Assembly: GCA_002269645.1 (NCBI GenBank)
Contig: NIVC01000006.1
Span: 744,001 to 808,000 of the forward strand
DNA from: Macrostomum lignano
Lineage: Eukaryota
DNA length: 64,000 nt
Direction: 5' to 3'
Position numbers and translations under genes: made by a program. This document shows, piece after piece, positions 25,241 through 37,934 of this stretch (position 1 is the first letter of the stretch; the number at the start of each line of letters is the position of its first letter). Below the pieces are notes generated by a model, which made no database searches, was not told where the DNA came from, and saw only the letters and a program-made list of their open reading frames with translations.

Positions 25241-25969
25241 CTGCAATGGGAAAATAGGGGAAACCGTGAGAGAGGGGATCAAAAGAAAACGGGGAAATGA
25301 AACAGAAGAAATGAGGATTAAGAAATTTCCATTTTACAACGGTCAAGGCCAAAGGCAGACAGGAAGGAAGGAGAGAGACTGACTGTTAGCAAGCAGAACA
25401 GTCAAGTGAAGCAAAAATGAGGCAATTATCTCCTACATCAAGTTGAGCATGCTGAATTTCCTTCCGTTGTGGGGAAATTACTAATTTTATCATAATCGAT
25501 TAGATAGAAACTCGGTTGACCTTACTACCAGTAAGGGGAATTATTACTTTTAATAATATGACATATGAAGTCTTACATGCACTTAAGCCAAGTATTAAAG
25601 CAAATTAATAAACAGCAAGGAAATTTCGGGTTTAAAGAGCAATCTAGTTGCTAGGGTAGCTTCAATATGCCTAGAATAGAATTAGATCTCATATTTCGTT
25701 GCCCCGTGTAGCCATCAATAGAAACAACAGCTTTGGTAACTCAGTAATGTAATCTGTCAAATTCTTCCCATTGTGCACAGAAAACAGCTATATGCCGATT
25801 TCCTAACATTGCGCGCTATTTAACAATAGTTTAAATGGGGACGGGGCAAGGACTAGCTGCCTCATGATGGTATATGAGGGGACTCTGTGTGAACGTCTGT
25901 ATGAGTGCGTGCGTGCCGATAGTATTGGCGCTTCTATGTGCTCAGGAGTCAGCGGAATGACCTACCGGA

Positions 25970-26290
25970 AAGATCTATGACCTACCAGTACCAGAAGATC
26001 TATGACCTACCAGTACCAGAAGATCTATGACCTACCAGTACCAGAAGATCTATGACCTACCAGTACCATAAGATCTATGACCTACCAGTACCAGAAGATC
26101 TATGACCTACCAGTACCAGAAGATCTATGTCCTACTAGTACCATAAGATCTATGACCTACCAGACCTACCAGTACCATAAGATCTATGACCTACCAGACC
26201 TACCAGTACCAGAAGATCTATGAACTACCAGTACCAGAAGATCTATGAACTACCAGTACCAGAAGATCTATGTATGAAACACCAGGAAGA
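25970..26290. repeat. 25-bp minisatellite aagatctatgacctaccagtaccag, decaying to ~26500
   Basis: Tandem repetition. Confidence 0.9.
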
Positions 26291-26650
26291 CATATGACTT
26301 ATCAGAAAGGTTGGTCTATGACATATCAGACAAGTTTATGAACTACGAGAAGAATCTATGACCTACAATCAAGATTTTTGACCTACCAGAAAGGTCGGAA
26401 CTACCAAAAAGGTAGGTCTTTGAGCTATCAGAAAGGTATATGAACTAACAGGAAGAATGGAAAATCTATGAACTTCCAGAAAGGTCTATGACCTACCTTA
26501 AGAAAGAAGGAAAAATCTTTGTCCCTGAGAAATTTACTCAAATAAGGTAATTCATAAGAACTGAAGAAAGAATGACTTCAAGAAAATATTTTTTCGTTTT
26601 AACTTTTAATTAAAGAATTCGCATAATTTCGGTCCCTTGCTTATATTGGC

Positions 26651-26680
26651 TGCCCCGAAAGGGGGGCACTGGATTGCTAG
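26651..26680 (+). mobile_element. Putative Helitron 3' terminus (GC hairpin + CTAG|T)
   Basis: TGCCCC-gaaagg-GGGGCA hairpin at 26651-26668 followed by CTAG at 26677-26680 and T; 5' end not located. Confidence 0.4.
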
Positions 26681-27104
26681 TCCATATACTATAAATGGTC
26701 TTATCTAAAAATTGGAATTACTAACAAAAAACTACAATAAACAAACTCTAGGAAAGAAAACAGCAAGACACGTGCTTGAAGCGGACTTGACCTTTAACTG
26801 CACTGCGAAGTTTTAACCGGTTAGACAATAATTTTTTAATACTAGAGCAAAATGTAACGAAAATATTTGGTTGGACCAATTATTGGAAACTACAACTACA
26901 CTACGACTACGACTACAAGTATTCTTCTACATGCACTCCTCGAAGTTTATTTAATATAAACAGTTCCTCTTAAGCTCCAGTCAGCCTGAATTTTATGCAA
27001 AAATAAATTTCCTCGTTCTTGTAAGAGTACCCTGAGGAATTCCCCTCTGAGCGTTTTAATGTCAAAAAGATTAAAAATATTTCCCTGAAATCCTAAATTC
27101 ATAG

Positions 27105-27330
27105 GGGAATTGCTGAGATGTCAAGGCTCACGGGGAGGGGGAATTGCTGAGATGTCAAGGCTAACTGGGGAAATTGCTGAGATGTCAAGGCTCACGGGGA
27201 GGGGGAATTGCTGAGATGTCAAGGCTCACGGGGAGGGGGAATTGCTGAGATGTCAAGGCTAACTGGGGAAATTGCTGAGATGTCAAGGCTAACTGGGGAA
27301 ATTGCTGAGATGTCAAGGCTAACGAGGAGA
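27105..27330. repeat. 30-35-bp minisatellite (ggaattgctgagatgtcaaggct...)
   Basis: Tandem repetition. Confidence 0.88.
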
Positions 27331-27585
27331 ATTGCTGGGACGTCGAGGCTCATGTGGGTTTCTCACATGCCTTGAGCCACAGCTCATAGAGGATCTGCAT
27401 CTGATATCGTAGGCTAGACTTCCCTTAAGAGATTAACACTAGCGAACGTACAAGGTCAAAGAAACCAACATGCAGTTGATTAAAAAACATTCTTGCCTCC
27501 CCAACCCCAACAGGAGAGCCAAGAAGGCTAACTTAGTAACAAAATTTTTAGATACTCTCCTGAGAAGTTCCTCAACAACACTTAC

Positions 27586-27910
27586 CGATGCATTCAGCAG
27601 TCCCCGATGCCTCATAGTGTACAGAGCATCCCAAACTGAACGCTGCCGCTCAGTCAGTGACGGATAAACCTGCATAGACTTCGAACCCGTCACGGACTGA
27701 CATGCCAGCGGTGTCTCTAGCAACATTTTGTACTGACAGACTGGAGACTCGACCACTGAGGCCAGCCGAGTGGCCCTGGAGCAGGCCAATTCGACTAGAG
27801 TTCGTCTCGAATCGCGTCCGTGGCCGCAGGGCACGCCGTTTGGCATTGCCATGGCAACTAGGCGGCTTTCGTTGGCGCCACTGTGATCCACGAGCCAGCC
27901 GTCCCACACT
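27586..27910 (-). CDS. GNPTG: GlcNAc-1-phosphotransferase gamma subunit, exon 2 (MRH domain)
   Basis: VWDGW..GVPCG..RRTLVELACSRATRLASVVESPVCQYKMLLETPLAC..MQVYPSL..WD ~ GNPTG [52 protein letters not shown]; donor TCG|GTAAGT. Confidence 0.88.
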
Positions 27911-28094
27911 CTGGGGAATAAGATGGATTAGGGATTCTTGACAGATGCTTGAGATGGGGATCTGGGGAATAAGGCGTCTGTGATTGGGACCTGGGGAATC
28001 AGATGTCTCAGATGGGGATCTGCATCTGGGGAATCAGGTGCCTTAATAGGAATTTGAAGAATCAGATGCCTGAAATGGGGACTGGGGTAATCAG

Positions 28095-28540
28095 AGGCGT
28101 GACGTGTAGGGAATCAGAGGCCTGGTATCTAGGGAATTAGAGGTCTGATATCTAGGGAATCAGAGGCCTGACATCTAGGGAATCAGAGGCCTGATATCTA
28201 GGGAATTAGAGGTCTGATATCTAGGGAATCAGAGGCCTGACATCTAGGGAATCAGAGGCCTGACATCTAAGGAATCAGAGGCCTGGTATCTAGGGAATTA
28301 GAGGTCTGATATCTAGGGAATCAGAGGCCTGACATCTAGGGAATCAGAGGCCTGAAATCTAGGGAATTAGAGGCCTGATATCTAGGGAATCAGAGGCCTG
28401 ACATCTAGGGAATCAGAGGCCTGATATCTGGGGAACCAGAGGCCTGACATCTAGGGAATCAGAGGCCTGATATCTAGGGAATCAAAGGCCTGATATCTAG
28501 GGAATCAGAGGCCTGACACCTAGGGAATCAGAAGCCTAAG
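28095..28540. repeat. 23-bp intronic satellite tctagggaatcagaggcctgata
   Basis: Tandem repetition. Confidence 0.93.
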
Positions 28541-28578
28541 AGAACACAGACACAAGAGAATCAGTAGTCAATAATCAC

Positions 28579-28967
28579 CCAATAACACCATGAAAGCCAT
28601 CTAAAGCGCGATAGACCACATCGCGCTGAGTAGCATTGTCAAATGGGCACAGTGTATACTCATACTGCGCCCCAACTTGAGTTGAATAGCATCGACCAAA
28701 AAGACCAGAGATAAGTCTAGCTGGACCACTAGGAGGCTTAGCTGTTACAGGCTTCTTCGGTTGTTGTGGTCGCTGCTGCTGCTGCTGTTGTTGTTGTTGT
28801 TGAAAATAATTATGCGGCGAATCAAGAACTTTTATTGGTACTTGATGATTTGCAGCTGCCAGTTCATTGTGCAACTGCATAGGCAACATTGCAAAAGCTG
28901 AGCTGGTAATACAATGAAGCACAAAGTTGACTACCATAACAGTAGTGCACAGCACAAACTTTATCAT
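28579..28967 (-). CDS. GNPTG: GlcNAc-1-phosphotransferase gamma subunit, exon 1
   Basis: Signal peptide, poly-Q linker, SGPARLISGLFGRCY..YEYTLCPFDNATQ ~ SGPVHLFRLSGKCF..YKYEFCPFHNVTQ; donor GG|GTGATT, phase 2; spliced product 321 aa. Confidence 0.88.
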
Positions 28968-30974
28968 AATAAAGATCTAGTTGTTTCTGCAATATGTATT
29001 GTTGTAATAAATCTTCCAATGGTGTAACTCATACACCCATACAATAAACTAATACAAGGTCAAAGGCATGAGAGAATTATGGATAACAATGTTGGCATAG
29101 CAAATTGGGCTGACTTACAAGTACTTATATTAGAAATACAAAAAAACTGCTATATACACTCTGTACAAATGCAACCTATAAAATTAAACTGGCTATATGA
29201 CTTAGGTCTGACTGAAAACCTACCAAATATCTTATTATAACTTAGTCTGCTGCTAGTGCAACTCAACTACTCTTTTGTGACTTAATTTTTCTTCTATTGC
29301 AATTCACTTTGTTTTATATTCACTCTTTGATTATTATGTATAGACTTTTCTTTTTTGCTTACCTGTGCTATTTTTATCTTTTTCTTAGGTTGTTTGTTTT
29401 CTTTTTTCATTTTTTAATTTTGGTTATCAATTTTGCAGCTTACCTTTTGCCTGCCTATCCTTTATTGGACCTTGCAAACCACTTCTTAATGGTTAAAAAT
29501 TGCTAAAGTAATAATAAAAACCTTTCTGACTAAAAGCATAAAAACATATAGCCTTAAGTTCATTACCTTTAATATTAGTATATCATATTATACTATGAGA
29601 ATGAAACATTTTATTTCAACCCTAGTGTTATGTCATAAAAAATATTTATAATTTAATTTAAGTGTGCTTAATCCAAATTCCAAAAGCAATAATTGTTCTA
29701 ACTTGAAAATGAGAATCAAAGACAAAGTAGACTCCTAAGGTAACACTGAGCCTGTATATTGCATACTATATTGATCTAATTGACTTTATTGATGACTATA
29801 CATGCTTATTATGACTTATCAACACTTAACTTAGGCCTACTCTCATACTAATGCATACTTATGATCATTCATTTTAATCCTGCACCCAAAACCCCATTTG
29901 CTCTTACATTACTTTATTCAACCTAAAAACCAGTGTCTGTACCTAGTTACTTTAATTATTAAAATACTCATATTCAATCTAAAGAAACATGTCAATAATC
30001 TACTTTAATAGGTTTTCATTTTGAAATTTTAACTTTTAGAAATTATTTATTTTAATAAATAATTTGAAAAAAAACTTGCAATGGCCTAGTTTCATAGATA
30101 ATTTGCTTTAAAAAAACAAGGATTGAATCTATATATTAACAAATTTCTAAATATAATAATTACCCTAGTATCACTATCAGCCTAGGTTTATTTTTGAACA
30201 ATAGGGATTCTATAGCAATATGACTCAAAATTTTATCTTTAGACTAGACTTTCAATAAGGTTTTATATGCTAATACTAACAAAAACCCAGCTATTAGCCA
30301 AGTCTAGTGTTTTTGTTTCCTAGACCAAAAACTTATAAGTATATTTTATTAACTTAAAAAGTTTTTTATCTATATTTTTATATTAACCATTACAGACTAT
30401 AATCAAGAAAATTACCTATAGGAATATAGGCTATAATACATAAATCAGAAATGTGGTTTTTTAGCTTTTATTGGAATTTTTAGGTCTAATATTGATATAC
30501 AGTTGGTAGGCCTATACAAAAAATGGCTAGCTAAATAAAATTCAGGTTTGGCTTTATATAGGCCCTATAATATAGGGGCCTAGCTAAATTTCGAGCAAAC
30601 TCAAAGAAAGCTTTTCTAAAAAAGGAAAATAATGAAAATATTAATGCACCTTATTGGAAAAATAAAAAACTAGGCTTACTAGGCCCTAATTCCTAGCAAA
30701 ATTAGATAATTTATTATATTTAGGCAAATTTGTCAGTTTTGCTTTTAAAAGAATATAAAACACTTGGCAAGGCTAGACCTACAAAAATTATTTTTGGTAT
30801 ATTTTTAATGTATATCAACTTTAGGCTAGAACTAGCAATCTTCGCCCCCCATTGGGGGACATCTGTATAGAATCTCTGTTCTCTACAAGTAACAAAAAGA
30901 TAGCCAAAAACAGCCTTCACATAGAAAACAGACAAAATATTCAAATGAAGTGCAATGCAAAAAGAAATCATCCC

Positions 30975-31150
30975 AAGACTGCAAGCATCCCTCAGATAGC
31001 AAGCATCCCCTAGATAGCAAGCATCCCTTAGATGGTAAGCATCCACAAGATAGCAAGCATCCCCCAGATAGCAAGTATCCCCCAGATAGCAAGCATCCTC
31101 CAGATAGCAAGCATCCCCCAGATAGATAGCATCCCCAAATAGCAAGCATT
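30975..31150. repeat. 20-bp minisatellite gcaagcatcccccagata-like
   Basis: Tandem repetition. Confidence 0.85.
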
Positions 31151-31499
31151 CACAGATAATAAGTAGCTAGTGCGACAATTTTTTTAGCGTTATAGTGGCT
31201 CCTTTAAAATTTGCTTACTTTTATATTTGAAATTGTGTATCTTTTATGTTGACATAGTGGCTCTTTTATGTTCTACATGGTAACTCTTTTGTGTTTGATA
31301 CGATGGCTTTTCAATGTCTGACATGGTGGCTCTTTAATGTTTGACATCGTAGCTATTTAATGTTAGACAAAGTGGCTCTTTAATGATTAACATGATGGCT
31401 CTTTTATGTTTGACATGGTGGCTCTTTATTGTTTGACATGGTGGCTCTTTAATGTTTGACATAAAGTCAGTTATATGTTTGACATGGTAGCTCTTCCAG

Positions 31500-32243
31500 G
31501 ATGGAATTCTTGTATTTCTTAAGTCAAATGGAATTATGCGATTTTTTTATAGCGCGCAAAATATTTTTTATTGGTCGCATTTTTTATTTTGGTACTTAGC
31601 ACGCCGCAAAATAACGAAATAACAAAATACTGAAAGACAATGGGCTTTTTCATATTACCAATTCCAGAACCAGAATTGGTTCGGAATTCCAAGAAAAACA
31701 GCAGTAAAAGTATTAAACTCTGTTAATATTTGACTGCCTTAACAACCTAACTTAGCACAATTTTTCACTCTCTTCTTGGCGATTGTCATTCAATAATAAA
31801 AACTTTATAGCATGTATCTCCCTCTAGTTATGGAGACAAAAAGTTATACTTCACAAATTGGTTCTGGTTCTGGAACCAGAGCAAGCAATATGAAAAGGCC
31901 CAAAAACGAAAAATGCATTCTAAGAAAATGTAGTGATTTGAATTTTCATCCAAATATGTATGTTAGAGAATGTTACGAGTTTCTACTTTTTATAGAATTT
32001 TTTTCGAATTTTTACTTTTGTACCTTATTTAGTTTTTAGTTTTTATTCTTTTTTTCTTTGTGATCTTAGCTAGTAGGATTATCTTTTGCAAAATCCAATA
32101 TCTCAAGCGCACTTTTGCATATATTAGGAATTAGAAATTTTGTTTGAAATTCTGCGACACATTTTTTCTGGATTTTTTGATGCAAAATCGCATTTTTTCG
32201 CTTAATTGCATAACGCGTTGTGTTTTTCTGCAAGAATTCCATC
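31500..32243. mobile_element. Non-autonomous TIR element with CAG (CWG) 3-bp TSD
   Basis: TIR GATGGAATTCTTG / CAAGAATTCCATC, CAG on both sides. Confidence 0.75.
31642..31901 (+). mobile_element. ~260-bp MITE (PIF/Harbinger-like) copy 1, nested
   Basis: GGGC(T)TTTTCATATT...AATATGAAAAGGCCC; near-identical to 35331-35590 and 46195-46455. Confidence 0.85.
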
Positions 32244-34265
32244 CAGGTGGCTCTTAAATATTCTACATTGTGGTTCTTTAATGTTTGACATGGTGGCTCT
32301 TTTATGTTTGATATGGTGGCTCTTTAATGTTTGACATGGCCTAGGCCTATACAACAGCCAATTGCCCGCTAGTTGCTATGCATACTATAAAACATTAGAT
32401 AGGCCCTAGATGGCTACCAAGCATGCAATTAAAGCACTAGGTACCCTATTGCAGCCAATGGCCATTTTCGTGGACGGCGTCCGGCGCGGATTGGCCTGGC
32501 GGCGGCGCGGCGCGCGGCGGCGGCGCGGCGCGTGGCGGCGGCGCGCGGTGGCGTGGCATGTGGCGGCGGCGCGCGGCGGCGTGGCAGGTGCTTCGGCGAC
32601 TGGTGGCAACAAAGGGCCGGGTCAACGTCGATTGATGCGAGCCATTGACTGATTAATTGAACCAAATCACTGATCCTGGGGACTGGCCCTGGCGCGGTAC
32701 GGGTAGATGTCTGGCGCGGGAAAGAGGGGCGTCCGGCGCGGTTCAGACCTTGGCTGCAATAGGGACTAGGTAGATAGAAGACAGCCACCATGCATACAAT
32801 TAAAACACTAAGTGGATGGCTGTCATGCACACAAATGCAAGCTCTCCGTATATAATATGCAAGGCCCTATGAGAATCTTTGTGAAGCACAACTTGCTAGC
32901 CAGTCACTCAGTCAGCCTTTTTTATTGGCTCTGCCTTCTCATTTTATTTTTAGTATTACTTTAAGATGTTTAGGTTAAATGCTAAGTGCCTATTTCATTA
33001 TTTAAGGACATTGCACATCATTTTTACTTATCAATCAGGCTAGGCCTATTCTACAAAATTGTTTATTGAATTATTTTATCATTGTTTGAGTGATTCTCAC
33101 TATTATAGAAGTCATAAAAAGCTTACTGAAAAATATAAGGCCCCAAAAGCATTAGTAGTAAGAATAAAAAACAGAGCAAATTTGTATTTCAAAGCCTTTA
33201 GCCATAGAGCAACAATAGTCATGACTCATGGCTATACTATACATCTATCTATCTATCACTAAGCCTATCTTTACTATTTTAAGTATTTTAATATATACAG
33301 ATATTTCCTTGTAAATGTTTTATACATATATATTATTAATAATACATATAAATATGGTCAGACAATATTATATTTATTTTTTCACATTCTTAAGATAATC
33401 GAGATACGAGATTTAATTGAGATTCATGAATTAGAAGTCAAGTCAAGTCTTGAGTCGGTGAACGCAAATGACCTTGTTCGATTTTCTGCTTTATTTACGC
33501 GAAACGTTTAAACATTTAAACAAAGTTTGTTGTAAAATCAAAGCTCCAGGCTATTTAAAGCTGCAGTAATGCGAAAATTAATAAGCTGTTAAGTTTTTTA
33601 AGCTGCGCCAAGAGTAGTTTTGAACGTAGTTTAGGCTTAGGGGTCAAATTTGCAATAATTTGCGATTAGCCCCCCCTCCGAACAAACGTTTGGGAATACT
33701 GAGGTGGGGTGGAGAAGAAAATAAAATTTTTTAATTGGTTTGGTTTTGTCGTTGGGTTGGTCGACACCAGTGTAGTAGTAGTAAATTTGGCTCAGGCTTA
33801 AGGAGCCTGTTTTGCCTATGTATTTAGTATTTGTTCAAAAGGTTAAATTTTTACACGAGTTACGATGCGAGTTACGATATTTGTAAAAGTAAGGTATTTG
33901 AAAGAGCGTCTAGAGTTTTTTGGAACGGTTTTCCAGCCGATTAACGACTAACGCCAGAATAACAAGATTCTAAGCAGGGAAAAATAAAAAATCAATGTCG
34001 TACATGTATATATATGACCTTAAAGCAATAACGATTCTTCTAGAATGCGATTCAGAAAAGGTAGTTAGATATTAACAAATATTAACAAATATCGAGTATA
34101 ATTAAGGATAGCTCTACAGTAATAGGCGATTTATTGTAAAAAGATGTAGTATTTTTGAAAGCGCGTGATATTTCAAAGCGTGAAAAACGAACATAAACAT
34201 ACTTCGAACGAACTTTACGTCTAACGAATAACGAGGATTTAAATAGGAAATTAAAAAAGACAGTA

Positions 34266-35237
34266 CGAGGGTCATCCCAAAAGTTTCAGCAATCGAATGA
34301 TTTTGTGCCATAGACAACTTTTAGGACTACAGCACTTATACCACACGAAAGATGAGCATATTTTGGGTGTCTGAGTAAGTTTTTAGCATTCTAGCTGCAA
34401 AATTCTGTTTTCTAAAGAACATTTTGTGAGATACTAAATCGAACATCGGCCGACGACGATAAAATGGAATTTCCGTCGAACTTGGAGCAGCGCTCATACA
34501 TTAAAAAGGAATGTCTTCGTGGTGTCCCTGCAGCTCAAATTCACTGTCAGTTGCTGCAGGCCCATATATGGGCCAAATGCGATGAGCCAGCGAGCCGTGT
34601 ACGACTGGTACAGTCGATTCAAGAATGGCCGCTCTGATGTCGAGGATGATGTCGAGTACGAGGAAGGCCAAAAGAAGCTCGGACAGAGTTGAACATCGAG
34701 TTTGATCCTAGGGCTGCTGAACATCGATCGCCGTTGGACATGCGAAGAAATGGCTGAGTCGTCTGGAATCCCCTCGTCGAGCTTCATTATTCACCATCTT
34801 CGACCTGCCTTGGGCAAAAAGCGGCCACAGACCCTGGAACTTGGTCCACTCCTTCTGCACGACAATGCCAGTTCGCACACAGCCCGCATTGTGCAGGACC
34901 TACTGCGGGACTACCAGTGGGAGGTGCTGCCTCATCCTCCTTACTTCCCAGACCTCAGTCCCTGCGATTTCGACCTTTTTCCGAAGCTTAAGAACCAGCT
35001 CCGAGGGCGTCGTTTCCATTGCCCTGATGACCTGTTCAGCGAGGTCGGCCGCATTGCAAAAGACCTGTGCGAGTCCGGCGCTGCTGACGGCGTTCAGAAG
35101 TTGCCTGGGCGCTGGGAGCGCACAATTCAAGTCAACGGAAGTTATTTTGAAGGTTTTTGACATGTTTAATTCATTGTTCTGACACTCGTTTGTTGAAAAT
35201 TAATAGGCGTTTGCTGAAACTTTTGGGATGACCCTCG
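34266..35237 (+). mobile_element. Internally deleted mariner (DD34D) element
   Basis: TIR CGAGGGTCATCCCAAAAGTTTCAGCAA at both ends with TA TSDs; ORF remnants MEFPSNLEQRSYIK.., HDNASSH, HPPYFPDLSPCDF; WVP/TGDE region missing. Confidence 0.92.
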
Positions 35238-35330
35238 TAAATAAATAAATAACTGAAAAGCGGATTTGCTACACTGCTAAATTATGTATCTGATTCAGTT
35301 TGTTTAACTGTTTTAGCTATTCATGACTTC

Positions 35331-35590
35331 GGGCCTTTTTATATTACCAATTCCAGAACCAGAATCGGTTCGGAATTCCAAGAAAAACAGCAGTATAACT
35401 ATTAAACTCTGTTAATATTTGACTGCCCTAACAACCTAACTTAGCACAATTTTTCACTCTCTTCTTGGCGATTGTCATTCAATAATAAAAACTTTATAGT
35501 ACGTATCTCCGTCTAGTTATGGAGACAAAAAGTTATACTTCACAAATTGGTTCTGGTTCTGGAACCAGAGCAAGCAATATGAAAAGGCCC
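35331..35590 (+). mobile_element. ~260-bp MITE copy 2
   Basis: GGGCC termini, TTC 3-bp TSD. Confidence 0.88.
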
Positions 35591-37658
35591 TTCATATATT
35601 TTAGCTACACCAGTGAGTTCTTTTTTGACTCTTTCATTTGTAGCATATCCTATCTTGTGTATTTGATTGCCATTTAAGAGGTATTGACAGAAGTATTTTT
35701 TCCTGATCTCTTCAGTTTGTGGACATTCGGTCAAGTAGTGTAGAATATTCATGAGGTGGGGCGGATTCCACGTTTGAACCGCCGCCTGCGTTGTCTCAGC
35801 ACTCGTAAAGCCGGAAAATTTCACGAATTGATGCGTTGAGTCTTCTCCTTGGATACTCCGTCTGCCGGGGTCCTCAATTCCGGGGGGGGGGGGGGTAGTC
35901 GTAATCGTAGTCGAGCGGTCTTGTAGCGGCCCGGGTCGTTCAGAATGGGTCCTCAGACACCGTAAACTTCGTTATTCGTCGAAGATGCTCGTTTCGTTAC
36001 TAACAATAGTAAAAGTAGCGCTGCCACCACCGTAAATGTCGTTTTACGGAACGTTGAGGGTCTCAGAGCTTTCTTTGAGTTGAGACAAACTGGTTATTTT
36101 ACGCCCCGCGGGCAAAGAACTCAATATAAACTAGAGGCTTCGATTAGGTCTAACTGGATAAATATTAATGTTAGAAAAGCTTTATTGGGCCCCTATCTTA
36201 TTCGTTATTATTATTACTACGGTCAACTAATTATTAATAAAGATGCTACGTAAGATAAATTAAGCAAGTGACAAGTTAGCTTACTGGTTTTAGTTCTGAG
36301 TAATAAACAAATGAATATCGCTAACTATCAAATTAGACGAATGATCACGAGACAGTAGACCGAGTGAAACGGTGGTTATTAACTGCAAATTCACACTTAA
36401 CTCAAAGGTAACTCGGGGAGGCTCCAGTCTAAGCAAAACTAATGTTATACGCAATGATTTTTATACAAAAAATTACATAAATTCAGCTGGTGAAACACTA
36501 GGGGGAACACCGGCGGAACACTGGTGGGAAAAGAGGGACAAAACCCGGGAAGAACACATAAAACAAGGCGGAACCAAAGGAAGGGGCAATTCTAATGGAC
36601 CAAAGGTGGGATCAACGAAGGGGAAACGCACAGTCATCCGGGGGAGCGGCTCATGACGTCAACACAATCCCAACGGATGGAGGCGTTTCGCGCGTCGCCA
36701 ACTGTTGAAGGAGCCCCAGTAGACCGGCCTACCACAATACTAATTAATATTCAATTTAAGTAATCGCTGGTAAACCTCTAAGGGTGTAAATCACAGGCAA
36801 CTCTTTTGACTCTTGCCCTTTTGATCTGTCGCCCTTTTGACTCTTGCTCTTTTGATCTGTCGCCCTTTTGACCTGTAACCAAATCACCTGTGAGCAATCT
36901 AGGCCCTCCTAAAATGCACTGTATCCACATCCATGACTTTTGGCATGGCAAGCAAAAGGAGTGAACAACAAGCAATGAAGCTGAAGCCCACTGGGAAATA
37001 TTTTATTGCTTTAAAAGTTTTGTTTCTCCAAGTTTTTCCATAGGCCTAGATATATTTGTCAAAGCAACCTAACAAGGAAGTCTGAGTAGGGGCCTATCTA
37101 TATATTCAATCAAAAGTAATTTTGTTACTTTCTGCTAGGTTGCTGTTGCTGACTTACTTACCATAAGTCTATGCCTCTATACTTAAGCTCCTGCTATATT
37201 TTTGATAATAGCTAATAGCTTTTATTTCTATTGACCATTGTACTCATAATATTTGCTTAGTTACCTTGAAAATTAAATTCTACCCCTGATATGCTAGGGG
37301 CAGGGCAGGGCCTACTTGGAGTCTTGGACTATACAATAAATATTTGTTCTCTAGGGCCTATTTATCTTTTATAAAAGTTGTTGTGTGAGTAAAAATATAT
37401 TAGACCCTAACTTAAGTTTAAAGATGGCCTTTGTTAGACCATAATGGCTTAATGCATCAAAATAATTTAATTTTGGGTGTAATCTATGATGATTTTCATG
37501 TATTTATATTATTCTTTTGCCTTCAAAAGCATGCTAGGCCTACCTTACTTCAATTTTAAATTTTTGCTTTATAGACTTATTTTGCATGCAATTAATCATT
37601 TCTCTAAATTTTTATATGTATTTAAATAATGCAATAATGCATGCCAATCATAGGCCTA

Positions 37659-37932
37659 CATGCGCAACAGTTGGCCGATCTGGCCGACCGATTTGGCAGC
37701 CCACCAAGGAAGTTGCAAAAATGCCCACCCAAAAAACAGTAGTAGTACTAAGTAGCTGACGAGGCATTTTGCTTAATAAGACAGTCATAGTTACTCCTGC
37801 CGTTTACCTAAAGTTGCGGTAATTTTTCTTCATTGTTTTTTTACATGTAAGTCGCATTTTTGGCCTAAAACTATGTCGCATTTTTGTTAAAACTAAGTCG
37901 CACAGCCGACCGAATTTTAGAGGTTGCGCATG
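37659..37932. mobile_element. 274-bp MITE with TA TSD
   Basis: TA|CATGCGCAAC ... GTTGCGCATG|TA; partial second copy of its right end at ~42545-42615. Confidence 0.7.
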
Positions 37933-37934
37933 TA

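Larger units (their letters stand above)
31250..32340. repeat. 23-bp satellite gtttgacatggtggctcttttat, split by a TE insertion
   Basis: Units at ~31250-31495 resume at ~32245-32340. Confidence 0.8.

Noticed and set aside
36372-36720. Possible Penelope-like end or small ORF
   Set aside because: No RT/GIY-YIG similarity or CTGA(A/T)GA core recognised
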